A stretch of 64,000 nucleotides of DNA from Octopus vulgaris (Eukaryota). The stretch is from the NCBI GenBank assembly GCA_951406725.2, contig OX597822.1:71548001-71612000 (forward strand), in the 5' to 3' direction. Made by a program: the position numbers and the translations under genes. Below the pieces are notes generated by a model that saw only the letters and a list, made by a program, of their open reading frames with translations, did not search any database and was not told where the DNA came from. Numbering within the stretch: position 1 is the first letter of the stretch; each line of letters begins with the position of its first letter. Shown piece after piece: positions 40,286 through 55,540 of this stretch.

Positions 40286-41321
40286 TTTTACGTACTGATG
40301 TATCACAGCAGTTGTCCATCGTCGTACTTTACCCCCGCCCACACCCCCACTCCGTCTCCCCCCCCGCCACCCCTCCAATCAATAACTTAGCGAGGAATAC
40401 ACAGATTCAAAGAAAGCAAATCGTCGTGCCTGCATTTGATGATGGTCACTACAAACTTTCCCACTTCATCATGATTCGCTTATTACACATAACCACCGCC
40501 GCAAAACCCACAACCCCCACCCCGATTCCACCCCACCAATAACCCATATCTTACATTGATCCATTTACAAAGACCGTTTCCATTTACCACTCTCTCTCAC
40601 CTCCTCCTCCTCCTCCTCCACCTCTTTCGTGTCCTTCTCCTTTGCTTTTGCTATTCATTTATGAATCGGAAAGGATTCTATTGAAGTAGAAGCGGGTGGG
40701 AAGCAGGGTGGGTGTCTTATTGACAACTTCTGAACACACTAACACGCGACCGATTCTTAGAAATTTTTTTCCTTTTTTTTTCCCTTTTCCTTTTTTTTAT
40801 TTTTCACCAAGAATTATCGCAGCCTGCTATCAATTTAATTTGTTCCAAAAATATCGACTGTCCCTTAAACAAATATTTCCTTAGCAGTTTCAATATCTAC
40901 CCCATCATCTCCTATATAAACAATGTTAGGGATCAATACTTGGAAATCAATCGGTTAGTTGTAATCTTTTATTGACTCCAATCTTAGGCAAACAAAGTCT
41001 CTCTTCTATTGTGGATATCGCAGAGTTGTAGTCGATGGAATTATTGAATAAGTAAATTGGACTAATTCTAAAGACTGGAGCCATAAAATGCCGATATCTC
41101 TCTTATCTCATCGCTATAGATGTCTGTGATAAATATTTAGTTATTGATAATGCCACAACTTTAGCTAGTAGCCGTTTCTTTCTTTTCACATTCTCCAAAT
41201 GTGTGTTGATGTTTTGGTGGAACCGGGTGTATATATAGAGAGAAAATGGTAGATTGGTGTATCTGCACTCACTACAAATTTGAATCTATTTGTACATGCA
41301 TATATACATATACATACATAA

Positions 41322-41383
<62 letters not shown>

Positions 41384-41819
41384 GTATATATATATCAACA
41401 TGTTTATACATATATATATATAGATATAGATACAAGTATGTATTCATATATATATAAATGTATATATACATATATATATATATATATGCATGTGTGTGTA
41501 TATGTTTGTATGTATCTGTGTGTGTGTTTATATCTGTGTGTGTGTTTATATCTGTGTTTGTATGTAGTACATTATACGTTGTCATATTTTGACCACCTTT
41601 TCATATAGGTAGAGTTGTATTTGTACTAATAAATTGACTAATTTTTTTATGCATGTATATAGGTATAGGTATATATTTATATGTGGGTGTACATATGCAT
41701 GGGCCCATGTATATATATATATGTGTGTGTGTGTACGTATATTTTTCTTTTATCTTCTACTTCTTTCAGTTATTAGACTGCAGTCCTACTCTTTGTATGT
41801 GTATCTTTATGTATGTATG

Positions 41820-41880
<61 letters not shown>

Positions 41881-41894
41881 ATATATATATATAC

Positions 41895-41952
<58 letters not shown>

Positions 41953-42164
41953 TGGATGTTAGACAAAGATGATGATGATGATGATAATGATGGACATATA
42001 CATAAATATATATATATATATATACATCAATACATACATATGCATATATTTATGTATGTATGAATGTATGTATACATATATATACATACACATATACATA
42101 TATATATATATATACACACACACACATATATATATATATACAACATATATATATACATATACAT

Positions 42165-42197
<33 letters not shown>

Positions 42198-42719
42198 CAC
42201 ACGTATACATATATATATGCATATATTTATACATATGTATATGTATATATATCTTTAGAGATACACACATATATGAATGTATGTGTATTCATTATATTGG
42301 CTGAATATAAATCTATTCTTACATGTAGATATATTTACACAGATATTATCATAAATACCGTATATTCTGTATAATGTATGTTTGTCTGTGTATATATGTT
42401 CAGAAATGTGTTGAACTATTAAAATGTGGAAAATATTCAAGTTGGTAAGTTAGATAGGTCAATCAATAGATAAACTTCACAGATCGATTGATCTTGGTTT
42501 CACTCCATTCTCCATCATTTATACATACATATACACACACACAAATAAACAAATGTAGACATACATACACCCATATCTATAGTTATAGGTATGTGGGCAA
42601 CAAGATAGATAGCCAGTGATACAGATAGTTAATTTATTTAGTGAAATTGAGTGATAGATATATAGTCAACTAAATTGATAAATAGCTGGATAGATAAATT
42701 GACAGATAGATGATAAATA

Positions 42720-43160
<441 letters not shown>

Positions 43161-43619
43161 TGGAGGAAAATGGATAGATAAATAGATGGATAGATTGAAA
43201 GGAGATAGAAATATAGATAGAGGTAGTTAAGTAGATAAGCCGAAAGAGATAGTTAGATAGGTAGATGAATCCACAGATATAGAGAAATAATAATAGATTG
43301 GTTGAGAGATATGTAAGAAGATAGAAAAACTCAATAGATCATACTTAAATATTTACAGGGACACATGCAGATTCACACACACACACACGCGCGGCCACAC
43401 ATACAGCCACACACACTCACACACATATATACAGCTACAGTAGCTAAGAGAAATATTGGAGTGGTTAGGAAAAGAGGATAAAGAAAGACAGATACAATGA
43501 TTGGGAAAGACCTAAGTAGTCTGCTCAGTAGATAAACAGATAGATAAAATAATTAATTGATTCATTGATTGATTAATCAATATACGTGGTGTATGTGCGT
43601 GCATATGTGTGTGTGTGTG

Positions 43620-43657
<38 letters not shown>

Positions 43658-44054
43658 GAGAGAGAGAGAAAGAGAGACAGAGAGAGAGAGAGAGAGAAGA
43701 GGAAGGGTTGAAGGGTGACTGAAGGTAAGTGTGTAAAGTAGATAACCAGATGGATAATTTCCTTAATTGGTCAATCAATATAGTCATGTATGTATGTGCA
43801 CGTGTGTATGTATTATTTATATGTCCATGCTCCTATGCACAAGCACTCACACATACATACACACATACACACACACAGGTATAGGTATGCATGCACATGC
43901 ACATACACATAAGTATATGCACGCACATTTCTGCAAGTGTGTATATATATGCACATATATATATATATACATGTGTTTAAATATATATATATGCACATAA
44001 TTATATATATATGTATATGTGCTTATGTCATGCATATATGTTTGAATATATATG

Positions 44055-44105
<51 letters not shown>

Positions 44106-44693
44106 CATACATATATATATATACAAATATACATATAATATCCTTACCCACATACATACATAAGTGTGTGTGTGTATAATATATATGTATGTATGTATGA
44201 ACGTATATATTGATATAGATCTATACATCTATCTCTCAGTCTATATATATAAATATATACCTGCATATATACATACAAATATACATACATTTATATATAT
44301 ATATCTTATATGTGTGTGTGTGTATCTATATATATAATTGCGCCTATGTATATACTGTATGTACATATAGCAGACACATATATAAATCAGATGGATTGGT
44401 AGACAGATAGGTATATTGATAATGGAAGGATGGTTAACAATTTGATCAATAATTTTATCTACCTATATGTTTGTATGCAAGTGCTTGTGTGTATGTATGT
44501 ATGTATGTATGTATGTATGTATGTATGTATTATGTATGTATGTATGTATGTATGTATGTATGTATGCATGTATGTGTGAATGTATATGAAACAGTAAGAA
44601 TAAGTAGGTTATTATATCTTTGAATATGTGTGTATGTATACATGCATGTACACATACTCTTGAATTTATGTGTATATCTGTGTGTGTATATAC

Positions 44694-44768
<75 letters not shown>

Positions 44769-44803
44769 TAGATAGATAGATAGATAGATAGATTGATAGA
44801 TAG

Positions 44804-44839
<36 letters not shown>

Positions 44840-44863
44840 TGTATACATATATATATATGTATG

Positions 44864-44895
<32 letters not shown>

Positions 44896-45028
44896 AATGA
44901 GTATCATTTTATCTATCTATATACTTGTGTGTGTACACTTGTGTGTTACATACACACACGTACACACACTTACACATATACATACATATAAATATATATA
45001 TGTATATATGTATATATATATATATATG

Positions 45029-45076
<48 letters not shown>

Positions 45077-45656
45077 TATGTATATACACTACATACATAT
45101 ATATATATACATACATACACACGCACACAGACACACACACACACACACATATATATACATACATATACATACATATGTATATATATATATATATATATGC
45201 CTACAAACATACACATATATTTATGGACATAAAGAGACACAGAAATAGTTAATAGCTACAGGAATAAAGAGCTAACTGGACAAAAAGAAAAAGAAAAAAG
45301 AACCATACCGATAACCTTCAGCCCCCAGCCCTTAATAACTTAATAATAAAAAAAAAATAAAAAGACTGTGCAGATATAAGAAGTAGCGGCCCAAACACTT
45401 CAGCTAAATTACATAACAAATAAAGGATAAAAAGAACCCGACCCAACTAAAAAAAAAAAAAACGCACAAAATATAATATCAATAATTAATAAAAGAAAGT
45501 AAAATAAACCGGCAGAATAACATCACTGAACTGTTGAGAAGCTATGGTATAAAAGGAATATCACATAGTTATACTGTCTATCATGATATACAATGTGGGT
45601 CTCAGAGGAATTGAGGGACGATTACTAATGTTTGTGAAGGTCACTGAAGTAACTCA

Positions 45657-46664
45657 ATGATGGTGGTGGCAGCGGCGGCGGCGGTGTTGGTGGTGGTGGT
45701 GGTGGTGGTGGCAGTAGCAGTTATGGTTGTGGTAGTGTTAGTGGTGGTGGTGGTGGTGGTGGTGGTGGTGGTTGTGATGGTGGTGTTGGTGATGGTGGCT
45801 GTGGTAGTGGTATATGTGATGGTGGTGATGGCTGTGCTGTGTATTGGTGGTGGCGGTGTGAGGGTCCATAGTAGTGGAGGCGATGCTGTTGGTGGAGGCA
45901 GTGATGGTAGGGAAGGTGCTTGTGTTGGTGGTGGTGGTGGTGGTGGTGGTATTGGTGGTGATGGTGGTGGTATTGGTGGTGGTGGTGGTGGTGGTATTGG
46001 TGGTGGTGGTGGTGGTATTGGTGGTGGTGGTGGTGGTGGTGGTGGTGGTGGTGGTGGTGGTGGTGGTGGTGGTGGTGGTGGTGGTGGAGGTGGTGGTATT
46101 GGTGGTGGTGGTGGTGGTGGTATTGGTGGTGGAGATGTCATTGGTGGTGGCTGTGGTGGTGGTATTGGTGGTGATGGTGGTGGTATTGGTGGTGGTGGTG
46201 GTTGGTGGTGGTGGTGGTGGTGGTGGTGGTGGTGGTGGTGGTGGTGGTGGAGGTGTTAGTGCTTGCAGGGGTGGAGGTGATGATGGTCCTAGTGGTGGCG
46301 GTGGCAGTGGCGGTGGTGGTGATGATGGTCCTAAGTGGTAATGGTAGTGGTGGTGGTAGTGGTCGTGGATGTGGTGGAGGTGGTGATGGTGCAGATGGTA
46401 TTGGTGGTAGAGGTGCTGCTGCTGTATGCAGTAATGGTTATGGTCTTTGAAGATGGTGTCGCTGCAGGAGACGGTGTCGTTGGTTCAAGTTAATGTCCGG
46501 TACTGGAGATGGTCAGGATGCTGGTGGTCATGAAGATGATGTTGGTGGTGGAGAAGAGGGTGGGTGGGTGGGTGGGAAGGTGGAGATGGTGATGGTGGTG
46601 AAGGTATCGGTGGTTACTGTGAAGGAATTTTTAGTGAATAAGTTGGTAGTGGTAGTCAAGGTGG

Positions 46665-46695
<31 letters not shown>

Positions 46696-46905
46696 GGTGG
46701 TGCTCTTGGTGGTGATGATGATGATGGTAATGAATATGGTTGTTGTGGTAGTTGTGGTGGTAGTGGTGGTTATGGTGGTGGTGGTGGTGGTGGTGGTAGT
46801 TGTGGTGTTGGTAGTTGTGGTGGTGGTAGTTATGGTGGTGGTGGTGATGATGATGATGGTGATGGTGGTGGTGGTGGTGGTGGTGGTGGTGATGGTGTTG
46901 GTGGA
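45657..46905. repeat. (GGT)n-rich trinucleotide tract, ~1.25 kb
   Basis: Directly visible. Confidence 0.95.
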
Positions 46906-47257
46906 TTCAGACTTCATGTATGTGTGTAAGATATTTCTCTGTGTCATTGTGGTGAGTGTGAGGGTGTATGTGTGGGGGTGGTGCATGTGTTAGCCTGTAC
47001 ATGTATATTTGTATGTGTATGTGTGTGCGTGTGTGTGTGTGTGTTAATCTGTATGTCTGTGTATGTGCTTGTATTTGTGTCAATGTATGTGTGTATAAGT
47101 GCAAGTTACTCTGTGTGTATATGTGCATGAATTTAAATGGTGTACATGTGTGTATGCATGTTTGTATGTGAATGTGTATGTGTGTAAGTATGTGTTTGTC
47201 TGTGTATATGTGTTTAAATGTATGTGAACGTGTTTAGGTGTGCATCAGTCTGTGTGT

Positions 47258-47311
<54 letters not shown>

Positions 47312-47326
47312 ATATATATATATACG

Positions 47327-47366
<40 letters not shown>

Positions 47367-47396
47367 ATATATACATACACGCACATATATACATAT

Positions 47397-47429
<33 letters not shown>

Positions 47430-48111
47430 CAAACATATATATAAATGTATGTATGTGTGTGTGCATGTATGTGTGTGCATATGTATGTGTATTTATAAAT
47501 ACACACACATGCACACACATACAAACATACATACATATATAAATATATATGTATATATATATATATATGTGTGTGCGCATATGTGTTTGTGCATTTGTAT
47601 GTGTGGGTATTCAATTACATATATACAAGCATATGTATTTGTACGTATGTGAATGTGTGCACAGACGCACACACATATGTGTCTGTGTGCATGTATGTGC
47701 GTGTTTCCTTTTAGTACTTTCGTTTTTTTTTTTTCGTATTTATATATTTTTTGTCAGTGGTGTGGTGAGTGGCGGTGGGGGTAGCAGAGTGGTCAGGGTA
47801 TAGAAATGGACAATAAGATAATAGTGTCTGTGTAAAGTTTGTCTTGAATATCGTAGCTCTGCTGTAATGACTGTTTATGGTGCTTTCATCTCCAACGAAG
47901 GACGAGGATAAGAAATAATGTGTGAATCATTCCAATAAAGTGTGTGTTTGCATGTGTGTGTAAGTGTGTGTGTGTGTGTGTTGGTGTGTGTGTGTGTGTT
48001 GATGTGTGTGTGTGTGTGTGGTGTGTGTGTGTGTGTGCAAGCATTAACATCACTATATTTAGTTCTATGTGTGTGCTAGTGCATATGTGTGTATGCAGTG
48101 TGTGTAAATAA

Positions 48112-48162
<51 letters not shown>

Positions 48163-48497
48163 CATACATACACACATGTATCTATATATAGAAAAAGAGA
48201 GCAATACATGTAAGTATGAATACATACATATATAGACACATATATATATACATGTTTGTATATTGTATATATATATATATATATTTATTTATATGCACAT
48301 TTATACACACACATATATATAAATAATACACACACATGCACACGTCCCTCACACACGCACACACATATGTAATAATGTATATGTATATATATATACATAT
48401 ATACATATATATACATACATGCATATAAATATATATGTACCTATCATATATATATGCATATGTGTATGTGTATATATATGTGTATATATATGTATGC

Positions 48498-48532
<35 letters not shown>

Positions 48533-48977
48533 TATATCTACATACACACTATAATATATGTGTGCACGTGTGTGACTCTGTGTGTGCATGTGTGTGACTC
48601 TGTGTGTGTGTGTGTGTGTGTGTTCTGTGTGTGTGTGTCTGTGTATTTGTATATACCTACTGTAGATCAAAGCTGAGTGGCAAAAAAAGAATCACTGATG
48701 GATGTTGCTGATCTTTTCCGAGACATTTAGGATGTCATGGCTGGTGGGTGTATAGTGGATGGGGGTGTGTAGATGTAGAGTTATGGAGGTTAATAGGGTG
48801 TTAGTCTGGATAATACAATGCTGATATGGGTGTTGAGGAGCAAGGTGTGTCACAGCATCCATAGAGTTTAATGGCGAGTTTGAGACATTTTGGTCATTGA
48901 AGAAACATTGGTGATGTATTGTCCTTGGTGGATATTAAAAGATGGAGGGATTTGTTGGTTGAGGGCGGGGGTGGAGG

Positions 48978-49265
48978 GGAAGAGGAAGAAGAAGAAGAAG
49001 AAGAAGAAGAAGGAGGAGGAGGAGGAGGAGGAGAAGAAGAAGAAGAAAAAAAGAAGAAGAAGAAGAAGAAGGAGGAGGAGGAGGAGGAGAAGAAGAAGAA
49101 AAAGGATAAGGAGGAGGAGGAGAATAAGAAGAAGGTAAGGAGGAGGCAGAGGAGAAGAAGAAGAAGAAGAAGAAGAAGAAGAAGAAGAAGAAGGAGCAAG
49201 AGGAGATGAAGAAGAAGAAAGATAAGAAGGAGAAGAAATGGGGGAGGAGAAGAAGAAGAAGAACA
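48978..49265. repeat. (GAA)n/(GGA)n polypurine tract
   Basis: Directly visible. Confidence 0.95.
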
Positions 49266-49478
49266 ACAACAAAGAGAGTGTCAGAGAGTGTGTGTTAAAA
49301 AGAGGAAGAAGAAGAGAGGTGAGAGAGTTTGAAAGAGGGAGAGAGAGCGGTGGAATTGAGAGACAAGGTGGTGGAGAAGAAGAGGAGGAGAGAGCAGATG
49401 GGTGGATGACAGAAGAGGGAGAGGAAGGAGAGGGGAGAAGAGATAGGGAAAGAGGGGAAGGAGTTTGTATGTGCATGT

Positions 49479-49517
<39 letters not shown>

Positions 49518-49637
49518 TTATGTCAGAAATTGAAAGCTGGAGGTTGAGAATGAAAAGAAGAATGAGAGACTGAAGGAAAGAAAATGGCAAAAAAAATTGA
49601 GGGAAAATAAAGTGGGAAGAGAAAGAGAGGGAGCAGT

Positions 49638-49682
<45 letters not shown>

Positions 49683-49825
49683 TGTGTGTGTATGTGAGTA
49701 CTTCTGTTTGTGGGTGAAAAAGAGAAAATGACCATAGGTCATTGGTTCTCAACCATTCTTGCCTATGGATATCTTGGATATCTGTTTTATTCTGCTGAAC
49801 TTCCACAATCATTCAATGTATACAT

Positions 49826-50540
49826 AAAAAAAAAGGCTTTCTCTATTTTTTAAAGACCCCCTTTGGTAATGAATGACCAGGAGATTGTACCTAGAAAACA
49901 CAAGTCTGGGCAAGGCATTCAATTTATAGATAAAAAAAGGGATTTCTCTATTCACGCATTGTTAACGAATGACCATGAGATTGTACCGAGAAAGTTCCCT
50001 TCAGAGGCACAAGTCCGAGCAAGATATTCAATTTATGGATTTAAAAAAGGGCTTTCTCTATTTTTTAAAGACCCCCTTTGGTAATGAATGACCAGGGGAT
50101 TGTACCTAGAAAGTTCCCCTCAGAGGCACTAGTCTGGGCAAGATATTCAATTTATGGATTAAAAAAAGGGCTTTCTCTATTTTTTAAAGACCCCCTTTGG
50201 TAATGAATGACCAGGGGATTGTACCTAGAAAGTTTCCCTTAGAGGCACTAGTCTGGGCAAGATATTCAATTTATGGATTTAAAAAAGGGCTTTCTCTATT
50301 TTTTAAAGACCCCCCTTTGGTAATGAATGACCAGGGGATTGTACCTAGAAAGTTCCCCTCAGAGGCACAAGTCTGGGCAAGATATTCAATTTATGGATTA
50401 AAAAAAGGGCTTTCTCTATTTTTTAAAGACCTCCTTTGGTAATGAATGACCAGGGGATTGTACCTAGAAAGTTCCGCTCAGAGGCACAAGTCCAGGCAAG
50501 ATATTCAATGAACAGCCATGGGATTGTACCTAGAAGGTTG
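49826..50540. repeat. ~118-bp minisatellite, about 6 units
   Basis: Repeats of AAAAGGGCTTTCTCTATTTTTTAAAGACCCCCTTTGGTAATGAATGACCAGGGGATTGTACCTAGAAAGTTCCC... Confidence 0.95.
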
Positions 50541-50554
50541 TTTATGGAAGACTG

Positions 50555-50800
50555 GTCATCACTCATGCATACCAGCCTTCCTTCTCCATGTCACTGATGT
50601 TATCCAAGGGAAAAGCAATGACCTATACAGTTTGGCACCAGTGATGTTGGAAGCAACTCATTTCTACAGCTGAGTGAACTGAAGTAACATGAAATGAAGT
50701 GTGTTGCTGAAAAACACAACACACAACCCAGTCCAGGATTGAACTCACTGTCTCATGACTGTGAGCCCAATGTACCTTCACTGAGCCATGCGCCTTCACT
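50555..50800 (-). mobile_element. SINE related to family F
   Basis: CAGCTGAGTGAACTG...GAAATGAAGTG...CCAGTCCAGGATTGAAC...CACTGAGCCATGCGCCTTCAC. Confidence 0.7.
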
Positions 50801-51344
50801 CTATTTTTATGATTAAATATTATTGAGAAATGTATAAAAAATTTTTAATATTTTGTGTATTGTAGAATATAAGCAATTTATTGCACATAAATTTCAACAA
50901 CAAAATTTTATATGGCCCCCAAGGGTCGTATGGACCTTGATTGAGAACCATTGTTATATAGTAAATGAACGAGAGAGGAAAAGAGTTGAAGAGAGGAGGT
51001 AAATGTTTTTGATTTGGAAAAAAAAAAACAAGAAAAGCAACAGAAAATGTAAGGAAAAAATTGGAAGATTTATTAAGGTCAAAGTTTGAAAGGGGTCTGT
51101 GTAATTATGTGAATGGGAGAAATAGAGAGATAAGGCGATATTTCAGAGAAAGAGAGTAGAAAGTAAAGGGAGAAAGAGAAAGAGAGAAATGTGATTTTGT
51201 GTCCCTTTCATCTTTTACACCATGGGTATCCCATAGGGGGAGTGCGCTTTTTAGAAATAGGTTCACTGCCTGTTGTATGAGATAAATAAAAAGGCTTGGC
51301 CATAGGAAGAGCAGCTGGTTGTAAATCATTGCCTTTTAAAAGTG

Positions 51345-51753
51345 CAACGATGATGACAACGATGACTGCAGCAGCAGTGGAGATGACTGTCATCATCATC
51401 ATTGTCATCGCTGTCATCGTCATTGTCATCATTGTCGTAATCATCATCATTATCATCATTGACATAACTTTCATCATCGTCTTCATCATCGTCTTCATCA
51501 TCATCATAGTTGTCATTGTGATATGCATCGTTGTTGTTGTCATCATCATCATCATCATCATCATCATCGCCATCATTGTCAACAGCATCATCGTCATCAT
51601 CATTATCGTCATAATCAGTATCCTCATCATTGTCAACAGCATCATCGTTGTAATCATCATCATTGTCATGATGATGATGATGATGATCATCATCATCATC
51701 ATCATCATTATCATCACTATCATTGTCGTCATCATCAACATCATTGCCAACAG

Positions 51754-51800
<47 letters not shown>

Positions 51801-51912
51801 CCATCACCACCATCACCACCAACTCCATCACCATCAACATCATCATCATCATTATCAACATCATCATTGTCAACAGCATCATCATCATCACCACCATCAT
51901 CATCATCACCAC

Positions 51913-51986
<74 letters not shown>

Positions 51987-52056
51987 CCACCACCACCACC
52001 ACCACCACCACCACCACCACCACCACCACCACCACCGTCATCATCATCATTGTCAA
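51345..52056. repeat. (CAT)n/(CAC)n trinucleotide tract
   Basis: Directly visible. Confidence 0.95.
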
Positions 52057-52644
52057 TGCAGTTCACAAAGAACTACAAACCACATTGCAATGTACTTTAT
52101 TTCTGCCTTTCAAATACCATAGTTTTTTTTTTTTTCCATTACTTTCTGTCTACTTCACAGAGCTCTATAAACTACAACACTACGCTAAAACATACTGTGA
52201 CGTATGCAGTTACCTGAACAGGGTAACACACTTCATAAAATGGGCCACAAACTTATTTAATCAATTAAAATGGCATCTGTAAAATGAGGAGAAAAAGTCA
52301 TTAGCTTTAATTATTAATCTATAACACTTTACTGAATTTACTGCAATGTTTTATAGTTAACTGGAGTGAAGTAACATACTTCATGTAATGGGCCACAAAA
52401 AAAAATGTTTAATTAATTAAAACGACATTTGTAAATGAAGAGAAAAAGTAATTAGCTGTAACGATTAATCACTATGGGCATAATTTTAATTGATAAAAAA
52501 ATTTGTTTGGGTTCACTACACTATGTTAGTGCTCCTGCTACCTTAACTGTATACTTTCCTTGCAGAAAATGACTCTAACTAATTTTCACTATTCTGAAGT
52601 CTTATATTTATTTAACCATAGTCTACAGTCTTTCTGCATTCCAT

Positions 52645-52855
52645 TTAACCCTTTAATATTCAGTTTATTCTGAGAAATGCAATGCTTATTTATTCATACT
52701 TTTATAATACATTGTTATTTCACAGCTTTGAAATTTCAGCATTGTGATTGTTTATTTTTAGAGTGACAATATGGGGTAGGTGTGAGAGGCTGGATCTGGC
52801 TAGTTTGAACTTAAAACAGGTGGAATATTTAGACCAGATATGGCCAGTTGAAATA
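52645..52855 (+). mobile_element. piggyBac-like MITE
   Basis: TTAACCCTTTAATATTC...GGTGTGAGAGGC...GATATGGCCAGTT; same family as 9997. Confidence 0.65.
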
Positions 52856-52949
52856 TTTTCTGTCTTCTAAACCCTTTAATGCATCAATTATAGCCTTTGT
52901 GTCATATTGTAATCCCATGGTCATCCATGACCAAAGTGGGTCCTTTCAC

Positions 52950-53525
52950 CCTCTTGTGCCCTATTTTCTCTTGAGTACTAAACAGTGTGCACCCTCTTCT
53001 TTTGTGCACTATAATTTATTGTGGGCACCATATTCTCTTTTGCACCTGACTCCCTTGTGCGCTATATTATGTGCACCATATTCTGTCATGCATCATACAT
53101 TTCTGTATTGTGCACATTATACTATATTATGCACCATATTATCTTGTGCACCATGCTTTACTGTGTATTATAATGTATTGTGCAAGCTTGTGCATCATAC
53201 TCTCTTATGCAACACCTTCTCCTGCGCACTATAATCTGTTGTGCATCACATTCTCTTTCGCACCAAACTCTCTTGGGCACTATATTGTGGGCACCATATT
53301 CTTTTTGCACCATACTTTATTGTGCATTATAATGCATTGTGTTGCTTGTGCACCATATTCTCATGTGCACCAAACTTTTCTGTATCTTGCACATTATATT
53401 GTATTATGCATCATATTCATTTGTGCATCATACTTTCTTGTGCATTATAATGCATTGTGCAGTCTTGTGCATCATATTCCCTCATGCACCACACTCTGTT
53501 ATGCATTATATTGCGTAATGCATTA
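52950..53525. repeat. Degenerate short-period tandem repeat (TGTGCACCATATT/TGCATTATA)
   Basis: TGCA recurs at roughly 17-19-bp spacing. Confidence 0.8.
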
Positions 53526-53639
53526 GTTTCATATCTTCTTCATTAAAAAATGCATCCACACTTGTCCAGTGACTGACTGTTTTCGCTGATGCATGTGTCA
53601 TGTAAGAAGTTAAGAGTTTTAAAAAAATTATAATAGATG

Positions 53640-54379
53640 GAGAAGTGGCTGTGTGGTATCTTGCTTACCAACCACATGGTTCCAGGTTCAGTCCCATTGC
53701 GTGGTGCCTTGGGTAAGTGTCTGCTACTATAGCCTCAGGCTGACCAAAGCCTTGTAAGAGGATTTAAGCCCATCATATATATATGTGCATATGTTTGTGT
53801 GTCTGTGTTTGTCCTTTCCACCTCACTTGACAACCGATGTTGGTGTGTTTATGTCCCCTTAATCTAGAGGTTTGGCAAAAGAAACTAATAAAATAAGTAC
53901 AGGGCTTACAAAGAATAAGTCCTGAGATCGATTTGTTCAACTAAAGGCAGTGCTCCAGCTGCCTGCGGTCAAGTGATTGAAGCGAATAAAAGAATAGAGA
54001 GACAACATGGCTCTGTGGTTAAGAAGCTTGCATTGCTACCATGTGGTTTCAGTTTCAATCCCACTACACAGCACCTTGAGCAAGTATCTTCTATTATAGC
54101 AATGGGGCAGCCAATGCCTTGTGAGTAAATTTGGCTGATAGAAACTGCATGAAGTCTGTCAGATATATATATATTTTTATCCAAGCATCAACCATTCCAA
54201 GAGTGTAGCACCCACTACACTCTGCTGAGTGGTTGGCATTAGAAAGGGTATCCAGCTGTAGAAACCTTGCCAGATCAGATTGGAGCCTGATGCGGCCTCC
54301 TGGCTTGTCAGTTCTCAGTCAAACCATCCAACCCATGCCAGCATGGAAAGCAGATGTTAAACAATGATGATGATGACGT

Positions 54380-54423
<44 letters not shown>

Positions 54424-55474
54424 TGAGGCTTTCACTTCATACACGCCAGCTCAATTTGAATTACTCTCAGTGAAAAGACATCTGTTGTTATTTCTTGTTG
54501 TATTCGTAATTGTGTATCATGTTCTCCATCTTTATGTTTTTTTTCTTTGTTGCTGTACACATTTGCTAGATTTTTTACAAAGAGGTCTAATGCTCTTAGC
54601 TTAGACTTTTTGCGGGATCAACCAGATCGAACCATCTCATGTGTAACTGTCCAAAATGGTCGTGACTTCTGGTACTTGACTGATGTAAGAAAGCCAAGAA
54701 TGACCCGTCTTTTTTTGTCTATCCTTCTAATTATTGTTTCTCTTATCTGCCTTTGTCTATCTGTTTGAACGTTCTAATGCCCTCTATTCCGTTTTTGTTC
54801 CATTTTTATATTTTTATATATATATTTTCTTTTACTTGTTTCAGTCATTTGACTGTGGCCATGCTGGAGCACCACTTTTAGTTGAGCAAATCGACCCCTG
54901 GACTTGTTCTTTGTAAGCCTAGTACTTATTCTATTGGCCTCTTTTGCCTAACTGCTAAGTTATGGGGACGTAAACACACCAGTATGGTTGTCGAGCGATG
55001 TTGGGGGCACAAACACAGACACACAAATACACACATAATATATATATATATACATATATACGTCAGGTTTCTTTCAGTTTCCGCCTACCAAATCCACTCA
55101 CAAGGTTTTGGTTGGCCCGAGGCTATAGTAGAAGACATTTGCCCAAGGTGCCATGCAATGGGACTGAACCCAGAACTATGTGGTTCATAAGCAAGCTACT
55201 TACCACACAGCCACTCCTATGCCTATGTATGTATATTATTATAATTGTTTTGTTTTTTAAATAAATAGACACAATATAATGTCTAAAAGTTAATGAATAG
55301 CACCTCTTGATCCCCTTCCATTTTCTTATTGCTGTATAAATTAAGGGTAAAACAACTTTTTATCCTCACCCACTTATTATATTCAGTAGTGTAACTGCCA
55401 TGCAATAAAAAAGCAGTATATTGGATAGATATTATCCCTTAGTTGGTTGGATTCACAACTTCTAACTCTCTTTG

Positions 55475-55540
<66 letters not shown>

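Larger units (their letters stand above)
49740..50953. mobile_element. hAT-like MITE expanded by a minisatellite and a SINE
   Basis: TIRs CATTGGTTCTCAACCA / TGATTGAGAACCATTG; no clean TSD seen. Confidence 0.6.

Noticed and set aside
45641-46993. Poly-Pro/Gly/Val/Thr ORFs resembling extensin or glycine-rich proteins
   Set aside because: A (GGT)n tract with frame slips and no unique domain or splice support.
49826-50540. CRISPR-like array
   Set aside because: Whole units repeat with no unique spacers; eukaryotic context and no cas genes.
51208-52282. Poly-Asp/His/Ser ORFs resembling acidic biomineral or His-rich beak proteins
   Set aside because: (CAT)n tract open in five frames, with no signal peptide or non-repetitive domain.
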